Part shown: piece after piece, positions 35,721 to 47,838 of the stretch | How the letters are laid out: every line of letters begins with the position of its first letter | Numbering within the stretch: the stretch's first letter is position 1 | NCBI GenBank assembly: GCA_020536535.1 | Contig: JAHLWZ010000127.1 | Location: 3,841 to 67,840 of the forward strand | DNA: 64,000 bases | From: Pelomyxa schiedti | Taxonomy: Eukaryota; Protista; Evosea | Direction of reading: 5' to 3' | Program-made: the position numbers and the translations under genes | Notes under the pieces: model-generated | Seen by the model: the letters and a program-made list of their open reading frames with translations, nothing else | Databases searched by the model: none | What the model was told of the DNA's origin: nothing

Positions 35721-38700
35721 ATGGGGAACGATCAATCAGCGGGGGGTGGGGCTGGTCCAGGTGGCGGTGGTCCGGGCGTAAGTCCACAGACTTCATTGTA
35801 CCTCGCGAATCGTAGACTAAGAGAGTATCTTTTTCTCTCTTTTTTTTCTCTGTCCCTTTATTGTTAAATGCCTACCGACATTGCCCTCTTTTTTTTTTTT
35901 TTCCCTTGTTTTTTTCAGGGTACCAAAGGATGTGTACCAGCACGTTGCTACATTGAGCACGCTCAGTTTGAGCTGCAACGAAATAACTTCATTGGTTGGA
36001 ATTTCGAGATTGAAGTGTCTCACTTCCCTTGATGTCAGTGAAAACAAAATTCCGGAGCTCCCTTCTGAATTCTTCCAACTGAGGTGTCTGCATTTTCCAT
36101 TTAAATACTTGTGCTAGCAACTTTATGTTACTGACTGTCCCCACAGAGATATCCAGTTCTTAAAATTATCTCGCAACATGTTGGCCACACTCGGTCCAAT
36201 TGGGAGTTTCAAGCAACTTACAGAACTAAATGCAAGTAACAATACTATCATTTCTATTCCGGACTCCATCATTGCTTGTGAGCTACTTAAAATGCTCAAT
36301 TTATCTTACAATCTGGTTTGCCTTCTTTTTACAGCCGTTTTGTTTTATTCACTGTGAAAACTTTTTCCCCTCTACTCCCAGATCACACAAATTCCCGCTC
36401 AAATATGTTCACTGCCTTCTTTGACCCACCTGGTATTGAATAATAATGCAATTGAGAGACTTCCTACTGAGATTGGTGTTCTGAGTGCCCTCACTCTTTT
36501 AAATCTTGCGGAGGTTGTTGAAATGAGTACAATATTGCCAATTACCTTACATGGCGTAGAATGAACTCAGTGAGATACCTCCATCAATAGGAAAGCTGAC
36601 TCTTCTTACCAAATTATACTTGGACAACAACAACCTTAATGTGATACCTTCTGAAATTGGAAGCTTGACTTCTCTTAAAGAAATTAATTTGAGGTCCAAC
36701 CAGCTTGTTGCATTGCCAAGAAGTAATTTTCAAAAGTTTCTTTTTTAAACAGCTAATGAAATTCTCTAGGTTTAACAAATCTCACCCGCCTAGAGGTTTG
36801 CGATCTTGCCGCCAATGATTGGTGTGATCCAGCTTACTTAAATGAAAATGTACTGGAGTTATTTTCTTTTCTTCAGAGTAGGTCCAAAATTTCTCATTTT
36901 TCCCACCCTTGAGAGTATAGACAACAAGTCTTCTTACCATTTATTAGATCAAAGTGAAGTTCCTATCGTTCCCAACAAACCAAAATCGGTCGAGTTGAGG
37001 ACAAAATTTTCCAGAAGAAAAGAAAGCCTTGCCTCTATTCAGACCACTGCTACGGAGATGTGATCCTCTTTTCCACAAGCTGAAATGTCTTACATCATGC
37101 AGAACAACCCCCCAAGACTTCCACATCGTGCAGCGCAAGAAGAGACTAATTCGCCTGAGAGGAGATAAAAAAATCATTCTTCACCATGTAAGTTCTGAAG
37201 TAAATAATCACTCTAGAAAAAAATGCTTATGCTCTCAGGTGGATCCAACTTACGAGTCATTACACATTGGCAGTGTATTTATTCTGAACGTGGGATTCAA
37301 GATATTCATTTGGATTGGAGCACAATCTCCTGTCCGACAGAGAATGAAAGCGAATTACTTTGCTCAGCAGCTGGCTGCAGAAATATCCCCAAAGACCACG
37401 ATTTCTACAATCGGTACTGAGTTACACAACTTCATATCTCATCGGAAATCTCAAAAAAAGATAACACCAAGAGAGGAGTTGATGACGCTGAATTTTGGAG
37501 TGAACTTGGAACCAAAGGGCCAATCAATGATGTGGCTGAAGATGAAGAAGAAATTCTCTATGATCTTACTTCACAGACCAAGCTTTTTACGTATTTATGT
37601 TAGTATTGTTCTACCTTCTCAACAACCCTCAGTTTCCAGGAACGTGATGACAGGCTTGAAATCACAGCAGTGATTGGTCAAGATTTTTCGAAAGATATTT
37701 TACGCTCTGATTGTTGCTTTGTTCTTGATGATTGCATTGACGTGTACGTGTGGGCTGGTATGTTTGCTTCTCGATCTGAACGCTCTTGGGCAATGCTGAA
37801 AGCAGAAGTAACATCCCAGTTTTTCTCCTGTTTCTTCATATTTCTTTAGGAGTTACTTGAACATGGCAAACGTCCTCAATGTGCAGAAATCTATCTGATT
37901 ATTGATGGAGATGAAGGTGAACATCTTATGTTCAAGGAACACTTCTTTGACTGGGTTGATAACACCTGGGAGTTGACAAGTTTTCTTTCTTTTTGAAAAA
38001 TTCTGGTCTAACACTACACAGAGAAAGAACTTGAAAAATTGAAGAAAGAGCAAGAGGCACAGCAAAAAGCTTTACAAGCCCAGGTAGATGCTGTGAATAG
38101 CTTGCGTCAACCAGAGCCCCCAATGAAAACATCTCCCCGGATCTCTGTTGCAAAAGTTTACTTCCCTACAACAAAAAGTAATGTCACTTCTAAGATTCCC
38201 TAACCCTAAAAATAATAGACCCCTGAAGCACTAGCTGTTTCTTCTCCAGTGTGTACTTCCCAAAAACGTGAGGCCTAACTCTAACTCCTTTGCTAAAAGA
38301 GTATTGAGGAAGGCACCAAGCCTACTCCATCATCATCCCAAAGCTCCAACAAGCACATAGCACCTTCAACATCACCTCCATCAGTTCCGCATCAAAGTGT
38401 ATCACCATCTCCAGAACCGGCCTTCCAGCGCAACATAAGACCAGCAATTTCCCCTCCAATTAGTTCACCTAGCCCCCCTTCCTCCTTTTATCACTCCGCA
38501 AGTTCACTTCCTCCACCACAGAGGCCTGTGCCTACCTTTGATGAAGACGATGCGTCAACAGAATCCAGTGATGTTGAGCTATCATCTGACGACTCTCTTG
38601 AAGCAGAATCGACAATAGTGCCCTCCTTTCCCTCTTTTCTTTTCTCAATAATTTTTTGTAAGCAGGAGTCTTCTGGGGAGGACTCCGAACCTGATTCAGC

Positions 38701-41700
38701 ACACAGATCTCGGGTATCCGATCAATCTCTGGCGTGGCTAAAAGAGCGAGAAGCTAAACGGCTCAGAGAGGAAGAAGAAAGGAAAAAAATAGAACTTGAA
38801 GAAACTCAACTCGAAAGTGCCATCCTGTTACAACAGAAAGCAGCCGGTGTGTTTATTCAGAAGCTGGCTGAACACCCACATGAACCAGTTGCACCAGTTA
38901 AATTAAATACCACGTCTCAAGGACCCGCTTCCACTTCAACTCCCACCAGAACAGAAGACCTTACCAGCAGGGCAGAGCGACAAATGCAAGAAGTACTACG
39001 GGAAGCTCAAGCTGCAGCAGAAGCAGCAAAAAAAGCATCAGAGGAAAAGATGGAAGAGGAAAGACTGAAGCGTTTGGAGTTGCAACAAAAGCAGAAACAG
39101 GAATTTGACGACCTGCGAAAAAGGCAGATGGCAGATTTGGAGAGGCAACAGCGCAGCAAGAGGGAAATACTTGAACGACAAAGGCAAAAGCTCGATGCTG
39201 TTGACGCAGCAGTTATGAATGCAGCCTCAACCAAGAGTGGCAAAGCCGAGAGCGGCAGTAAAGTGGGTTCAACCACTGCCACTAAAGTGACAGAGACGGC
39301 GCTCCTGTTGGCAGAACAAGAAAAAAGAGATACCGAGGCCAGAGAGCAAGCAATGGAGAAGGAAAGGCAAGCCCTCATGAAAAAACACCAACAGGAGGAA
39401 GTTGAAATGCAACAAAAACGTGAAGCTCAACGAAAACAGGATGAAATGGAACAGCAAAGGCGCAAAGAGGAACTTCAACACAAAATAGAGGAGTTAGATT
39501 CACAAATCCTGGAAGAAGAAGCACGGATCAAACGTGAGAGGGAAGAACGGGCCAAACAGGCAGCACAAAAACTCAAGGAATTGGAGCGTATTCAAAATGA
39601 ACAGTGGAGTGCACAACAGTTGCGGGAAAACCGAGAACTTGCTGAGGCAGAGCAGAAAGCTAAATTACTTGAAGAACAGCGTCAATCCTTAGTTCACCAA
39701 AATCAGCAAGACAGGGAAAGGATAAGTGCAGAAGCCAGAGTACAAATTGAAAAAACGGAGGCAGAAGCAGGGAAGCTACAGAAAGAAATAACTGCGGAGC
39801 AAAAGACTAAGGCGGATGCGCTATGGGCCAATGTCATGCAACGAATACAAACAGACAAACTCCGTCAGGAAGAATTGGAACAAAAAGAAAAGCTTGTTTT
39901 GGAACAAAGAATTCAGAGTGAGCAAGAGCAAGCACAACTCCTGCAACACCAGTTAGAAGAAGAGAAACAGAGGTTGAAACAAAGGGAGCTTGAACTTGCA
40001 CAAAAGAAGGAAACTGACAGGGTTCAAGTTGAGGAACACAACAAAAGACGCCTAATGGAGAAGAAAAAGCGAGAACAGGAAGCTCGCCAGAGAGCTGAAG
40101 AAAGGAAAGCAGCAACACTCAAGGAAATTGAAGCCCAAGAACAACTTATCACAGATAAAAATGAGAAAGAAAAGTTGAAATTGGTAGCAGATCTCAAATT
40201 GCAACAAGAAGTAGAATTGAAGAGGTTACTTGATGAGCAGACAGCTATGGCGAAGGCACTACAAGAAAAAGCTGATGCCGAACTAAGAACACAACAAGGA
40301 AAAGCAAGTGCAGAACTTGCTGAAAAGCAACTTCAACAAGCAAATCAACTCAAAGCAAAGCAAGAAGAAGACGCCAGAAGACTAAAGAGGAAGCAAGATT
40401 TAGAGGCGCAAGCACTACTGCGCGAGCAAGAAGAAAGAATTAACCGTGAAAAAATTGAACGGGACCGTGCTCGCTCATTGATGGACCAAGAAAGCAGGGA
40501 AGCCGAAGAAAGAGAGAAAGAGCTAGTTGCAACGCGAGCACGAATAGCTGCAAAGGCAGCCTCTGGTTCACACTCACGGAGAACAGGAGGTTCGGTGAAT
40601 AAACAAGGAATGGAAGAAAAGTTTGCAGCACTCAGGAATGTAAATATTTCCATCTCTGACATTTGACAGCAGTTCTAAAATTGTTTGCCTAGAAACCCAC
40701 TACATCTGCTACCCCAACGTCACTTCCAACAGCAGAAAACAATCCAGTACCTAATCCAACCGTTTCCGATTCGAGTGTTCTCTCTGGCGTCACCGCAGTC
40801 AAGTCCGATTATAAGTTAGCATCTTCAACAAAAGCGAGACCTCGTGGTCCATCCAAACGTTCTGCCCCCACACACAAGCCTGCCCGTGAGGTAATTCTTT
40901 TCTCCGCGTTGCTGACTTTCACATGTGCAACTAACAGCACCATAATGATGAAGTGGGATCAACTTCTCAAGATGTCTCTACTCCATCGCGTTCCGCCCCA
41001 AGGTCTGCTGCTAGTGCTCAGCTGCTTGGGGCTTATGGAATACTTTACAGTTTGAAGGCCGGTGATTCTCTTTTCCAAAAAGTGTGTTCCTTTCTTCAGT
41101 CTTTTCTTTTTGATTATTTTACAGCGTAAAACGAATTCTGAGGCACCAAAACTACCTGAACTTGCAAATTTACTGGTAGAAGCTGTTTTCCATAGCTTTC
41201 TTCTAAATGGATTTTTTAGCCAAAAGATCTTGCAAGGTTGATACAAATCAAGGGCAAGAGGAGGCCCTTTGCCCGTCAAGTTGAATTGACATGGCACAGC
41301 CTTAATAGTGGGGACTGCTTCATTCTTGATAGCGGGAAGTATGCTAAAGTGTGTACAAAATCCATAACTCCTCTGTTTCCCCCCTACTCTGCATTAATTG
41401 ATTGGCAATGCTCAGGTATTATACCAATGGAATGGAAAAGACTCCAACCGTATGGAGAAAGGGAAAGCAATGGACCTTGCAAAGAATATCAAGGATAAAG
41501 AACGGTTTGGTGCCACTTTGTGTGTTGTTGAGGAGGGCCGTGAACCTCCTGAATTTTGGGAAATTCTAGGTGGTGCTCCAAATGGCCCCATCACTTCAGC
41601 CCTGGCTGGTGGTGATGACATCGAGGCTGAACAGAACATTTCTCAATATATAATATTGTACAGGTGAGTCTTCCTCTCCAATATCCACTCTTTTTCTTTA

Positions 41701-44178
41701 ACGTACCAACAGAGTTTGTTTTGGGGATGGTGATAGTATCGCATTGGAGCGTGTATCTTCAAGCAGTGCTCCAATCACAAAATCGATGATTCAACCAACA
41801 CAGAATTATCTCCTGGACTGCCTTTCTGGTACTATTTCCTTCAAACCATCATTTAACAAATAATAACAGAAATTTTTGTGTGGACGAATCTTAAAACCCC
41901 AACGAAAGTAAAAAAGCAAATACAGACATTTGCTGAAGTACCTCCCTTTTAAGTTTTATCAACAATTGCCATTTACGTTTTAAAGAAAATGCACACGGAA
42001 AGAAGTGCAAGCCTTTGGGTTGCACCTATTCACAATGAATGGGCAGGTTCCGAGCAGGTATGCTAGACTCAACTCAGCTCTTCCTTGTTTATGCAAATTT
42101 ATACTTTCAAGGTTATGTTCAAAGAACGTTTTTACGACTGGCTCTCTGTTTCTATACAAGGGGCAACAGTAACACCTGGAAATGTCGCAGGTTTTTTTTT
42201 GTTGATAACTATTGCAATCAAAATAGTAACTATTTTTTTTTTAGTTTCACATAGCATTGACAACAGAATCGATGTGATGAAAATGTACCAGCGTAAAATG
42301 GAAAGGGAGCAAGTTATGATTGACGACGGGTCTGGCAAAGTCAAAGTGCGTTCTCAACTACTGTTGGCATAATCCCACTTTTCCCGTAACAAATGTTCAA
42401 GGTATGGAGAATTGAGGAATTCAAGCAAGTGGAAATACCAATAGAAAGGCACGGAGAGTTTTATAGTGCTGAGAGCTATGTCATATTGTACACTTACATT
42501 TGGAAGAATAAAGACTGCTTCTTGATTTATTTTTGGTATGCACACTTCCTTCCCACAAACACATGTAACAACAATAACAAAAAAAAAAAAAAAGGCAAGG
42601 AAGAAATAGTTCTATTGTGCGTTTTTAAATGTTTTCTTCTCTCTTCACCATATTCCTTAAAATACAGTTGGGAAAAGGGACATCAGCCTACATGGCGGTG
42701 GAGTTGGACGACAGGCTTAAAGCTAAAGGAATGGGCATGACAAAAGAAGTTCGTGTTGTGCAAGGCAAAGAACCCAAACACTTTTTGCTCGTATTTTCGG
42801 GAAAGCTCATAGTACATCAAGTACGAAATAAATGCAACATTTCCCAGTAACTACCCTTTTTTTCAGGGAAAGGACCCAGATGCAAAAGAAGAGGAAAGCC
42901 ACCAAACACAGCTAATGTCAGTTCGATCAGGACGGATGAAGATGCAGAAGTCTTCTATGGGAGCTACTCTGTACCATGTTCAAGGTGTAGCGCCTCCATA
43001 TATTACTGCCATTCAGACAGCACCCGTATCTTTCCCTTTTTGCACATTGTTGCACGTTTGCCTTTCTTGCATTGTTCCACTAATTCACAGTAGTGCGCAG
43101 CTTCTCTAAACAGCGGCAGTGTAGTCATGGTTGTCACAGATAGTACTTGTTTCATATGGTCCGTTCCTTGTTTGTTGTTCTTGATAGTGATATTTACTGC
43201 CTTTTTTTTGAAGGAAAGGCCGCTTTTCAAATACCCATGAGCAGACCTTCGCTACAAACGTCGCCACTTCAGGGGCCCTTAATAGAGCCGTAAGTAGAAG
43301 GAAGTGCATCAACACTATTTATTACTCATTCCATGCACCAGAGCATCGTAGAGGTTCAAGAAGGAGAAGAGCAAGCGTCTTTCTGGGCAGCCATAGATGG
43401 AAAATCACGATACCCCACAGAATCACACACAAGAAGAATCGATTCCCGTCTCTTCCAGTGCTCCATTGGGTCTGGAAACTTTACTGTTGTTTCCATAATT
43501 TTTAATACGTCTAATGCATATCCAAGGTGGATGAAATACTGCAATTTTCACAAGATGATCTTGTCCGAGATGACGTTATGATTTTAGATGCAATCAACAC
43601 TGTATTTTTGTGGATAGGAAAAGAGAGCCACCACACCGAGCAAAAGCTTTCAGGCGAACTTGCAATGGTATAGTTTTCTCGCCAGCAATTTTTTTTTTAC
43701 GCAATGTAGGAATATACCAGTGTCACTGCCAAATTGGCTAAACGAGCTCCTGGAACTCCTGTACTTCGCGTACTCGACGGCAAGGAGCCATTCGTATTCA
43801 CAACTTATTTTCATGGGTTTTCCTCCACCTAATTTTATCTCCACACTCATCAAATTCTACCAACAAACTCTACAGATGGGATGCGCGAGACACCCAAAGT
43901 TATGATGGCAGTCTTGCCTCAGTTGAAGCAATTCTCCAGGAATATCACCGGTCCTACACCTATGAGGAACTCTCTACTAAGAAATTCCCTAAGGGCCTCG
44001 ACGAGTCGAAACTAGAGGTATCATTCCCACAGCATCCGAGTTCTCCAAATAACTGGTATCACAGCAATATCTTTCCGAGGAGGAGTTCCTGCAGTACCTC
44101 ACTGTACCCCGTTCTGAATGGGAGAAAGTTCCAGTTTGGAAAAAGGAGAAGCTGAAGAAGGAAGCAGGACTGTTCTAA
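35721..44178 (+). CDS. Giant flightless-I/villin-like actin regulator: N-myristoylation motif, LRRs, gelsolin repeats, ~650-aa coiled coil, further gelsolin repeats, villin headpiece
   Basis: MGNDQS start and LxxLxLxxNxLxxLP repeats (35920-36830). Gelsolin segments: RLIRLRG..IFIWIG, LIQIKGKR..SLNSGDCFILD, KVWRIE..GEFYSAESYV, RLFQCS. E/K/Q/R-rich exon at ~38670-40640. Headpiece: YLSEEEF..WKKEKLKKEAGLF*. Confidence 0.88.
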
Positions 44179-44568
44179 TGTAAAATTGTGAAAATAATGA
44201 GATACAAGTCCAATAGTTTATGTATTCGAGCACAAGTAACAAAGAAATCCCCTCACTACAATAATGCCCAACAAAGAAGAGATTTTGTGATTGGCGAACC
44301 GGCTCCTTTAGATCCTTCACGCCAAAACTCGAGATGGCCTCTTTAGCATAATTTCTTGCCGATCAAAGTAAAAACTTGTGAAAACAGAAGGGGAAAAAAA
44401 CAAAAAAACACCAAACAGTAAAGAAATTCTCGTAGACAGTGAGTGCGGTGTTTGCCCTCTCGAGATCTTCACACCGTCCGTAACCATAAGACCTATAACC
44501 GTATGTCATATGACCTTTAACGTCGTCTTGGTTGCATAGTTTATTTACAACAAAAAACACCCAAAAGG

Positions 44569-47500
44569 ATGAAAGGGGTGGGAGAAGAGCGTTGGTGGGA
44601 GTGCGCTGACAACCCCATTTTCACGAAATGTCGTCGTATGCCTGACGTGCCTACCCCTGAGGTTACTACTCAACCGTTTTTTCCCCTCTGCAAACTAACT
44701 CCACTCTACAGTGGCGTGAATTCACTACTGCAATGCTATTTCCAAATAGCAAGCCAGGCCAGCCTCCAATTCCTGATCACAAGCGTCTTAGAGAGCACCT
44801 GTTGCACGAGGGCCGGTACTGACTCTTTCACTTCACCCTCAGTTCTTACTTTGGCACAGACTGTCTCTTGATGCCGTACAGAAATTGCTGGGACTTGTGA
44901 GGACGATGTTGCGAGCTGAACCCAATGTTCTAACACTGACTTCACCATTGAAAGGTGACTTATCCCGTTCTCTTGTAGTGGCTCACTGTCCTTAAGTTCT
45001 TGGGGATGTCCATGGTCAATTCCATGACATGTGCCGAGTGTTAGATACTGAGACTCCCCAGGGAATTGATGGTGACCAGCTGCTATTTTTAGGGGATTAC
45101 GTGGACAGAGGAATGTTTGGCGTGGAGGTCTGTTTGTATTTGTTCTCTCTCAAACTGGCTTACCCGAAGAGGTTTGTTCGTATTATTGCATTTTTGTTTA
45201 ATTTGAAATTTGATCAGTATGTAATATTGCCATTGCAGGGTGTGGTTATTGCGAGGCAATCATGAATGCCGGCTGGTTACCCAGCATTTCAACTTCCGAA
45301 TTGAATGTATTCCCTTGAGATAGGTTCTATAGTGTGCTTACCGTTTATCTCCATTAGGTCTGAAAAAATATGGAAATACTGGTGTATATGAAGATGTAAT
45401 GACAGTTTTCGATAGCCTACCCCTTGCTGCCACAGTATCAACTCCATGTGGCTTGAATTTTCTGTGCCTGCATGGCGGACTATCACCGACATTAACTTCG
45501 GTTACCTTTCATTCTCGTCGTTTAGTATTTAGTTTCCGCGTTTGCGTTGTGCTTTCTCAACTTTATTATTTCCATTGGAGTACGAATCTCAAGGTTTCAG
45601 GTTGCAGGTTCGAGACATTGCAAATATAAATCGATTTGGAGAACCCCCGAAAGACGGGATCTTCTGGTATGTTCACCCACTGTTCTACTCCGTTCTGTAA
45701 CGCTGTTGCTTTCCTAGTGATGTGCTCTGGTCTGATCCACTTTATGACGAGAGCGCCTATAATCTACAAGAAGAAGATATGAAGCGATGGTGGGCTGTGG
45801 AATACCTGCCAAACTCCACGCGAGGATGCGGATTCTTCTTTGGCGAAAAGGCTGTAAAGACATTCTTGTACAATAATAATTTAGCGGCTATTATTAGGTC
45901 CGTTACATGGAAACAGTATTTTTTTTCTTTCTGACCCAAAATAGAGGCCACGAGGCACAAAAAAATGGATACTTCATGCATCAATTCTTGCATGGGCCCC
46001 AATCCCCACCAAGGGTCATTACACTGTTTAGTGCTCCAAATTATTGTGGGAGTTATCACAACGTTGCAGCTGTACTGTGCATCCGTTGTGTAAATCGTGG
46101 TTCTACTGGATTATGTGGCTGCTCTGCTTTGGCCGCAAGCACCTCACCTACGACTTGCACTTCTCCTGCTACTTCGCCACCCAATATTCCCGTTATTTTG
46201 GGTGCTCCGACAGTCAACCTCTCTGCGTCACCTCCAATTTCCCTGGAACCCACCATGTCAGCATCACCAGATGCCTTTGAATTTCATACATACAAAGAGT
46301 GTTTCGCTCCGTATTGCCTCCCCAACTTTGCTGATTGTTTCACCTACAGTTTACCTCGACTCATTGAAATCAGTGTGTCAATCATTCTTTCTTCATTAAC
46401 TCTGACGATTCTCTCTTCACTCTGACAGTTTCAACGACTCTAAAAATTCTAAAGCCAGCAAAACCTGCCTTCATTCAAAAAACAGCTCCACCAGTGCGAA
46501 CGCACCGTTCCACACGCCCACCGCAGTCTCGTGCACATCATGGAAGGCACATCCATCACCATAAGACGCCCGAAGTCACCTCACCACTTGTTATTTTACC
46601 AGTGTTCGGCACACCACCGTCAGACACGTCACAAACACAAATTCCGTCCTCTGTAGCCACCACCCCTCCCGGTGACAAACCCACCGTTCCAGCAACCCAA
46701 CTTGCACCACAACAAACCATCGACATAGCCACACCTCAGGACTCCTCAATGCAAACACAGACAACACCCCAGCAGGAAACAACAACCTCCACCAGCACTG
46801 CCACGGCGAAACCTATCCACCCCTTTAGTCCACCACCTGTGGATCCACTTGTTGACCAAGCCACTCTTGAACAAGCCACAGTGATAACACCTCTCACCAG
46901 TTGTCAGCCTCCTCTCCTCTTTGCCACTCCAATAACTCTGGATTCCGGCTTTGAATCTGAGTCAGGTTCTGAGTCCGAGTCTGGCTCTGGCTCAGAATCT
47001 GGATCAGAATCCGAGTCTGGCGGATCTGGTTCCGAGTCTGGATCAGAGTCCGGCTCGGAGGGCGATATGTCGGCCGTAATGTCCGCTGCATTACCTTCTG
47101 TTGGCTCTTCTGAACAGCCACAGATTCCTACATCACAAACCTCAACAACACCTGGAGATGCAACCCAGAGTTGTGCAGCTGTAAATATGGAACTTGTACA
47201 GGTAAAACCTTCTCCTTTCTTTCGAAAACTGATTGACTCCACTTTAGCCAGTTGGAAGAAGAAGGCAGTCCGTGCACAAAATTGGAGAGATAGAACCCGG
47301 CATTGTAAGCAAATGCAAGGACTGGTACCTGCAAAAGGCAACGGCCGAGTTTCTTTCCAGGTCATCTTCACGGATATGACTCAGATATAAAACTCATCCA
47401 TACCACCAAACAACAAAACAGACCCAGAGAGTTCCCGCAAGAAATGGTTGGTGTATTTGCACGTGCACGTGGAATGTGGCTTGAAAAAGGTAAGAACCTT

Positions 47501-47651
47501 CTTTCAGCAGTTACCAGCTTGTATTCACATGGACTTAGCCACAGGGGAATTTGAACGTGCGAAACTCATTGACCTACCAAATGAAATGAGACCACCCTTT
47601 GAAATGTTTGAATCCACCAGGACCTTCTGGCTAAAACTTGTGTCATCCTAA
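44569..47651 (+). CDS. Calcineurin A (PP2B)-like Ser/Thr phosphatase, divergent
   Basis: [50 protein letters not shown], CnB-helix-like [16 protein letters not shown] and autoinhibitory-like [16 protein letters not shown]. Confidence 0.88.
46945..47062 (+). repeat. Coding Ser-Gly/Ser-Glu dipeptide repeat within the calcineurin tail
   Basis: [40 protein letters not shown]. Confidence 0.85.
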
Positions 47652-47838
47652 CAAGGACACCATTGTCATCGTCTGTAGTGGTTGTTGTGAAATTTATTCT
47701 CTTCTCTGACTGCAGGAGAGAACTTTCTTTTTCTCTTTCTTTTTTCATAGAACAATTTTGCTCGATCCTTGTGTCACCGTAACGGCAAAATTTAATAAAC
47801 CCAAAGCACAATTTTTTTACAGAATTATTTTTTTGCAT

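Noticed and set aside
35249-44434. Exact 15-mer AAAGAAATTCTCGTA at 35249 and 44420, flanking the villin-like gene
   Set aside because: A few 15-mer matches are expected by chance in 64 kb of AT-rich DNA, and there is no element structure or target-site context.
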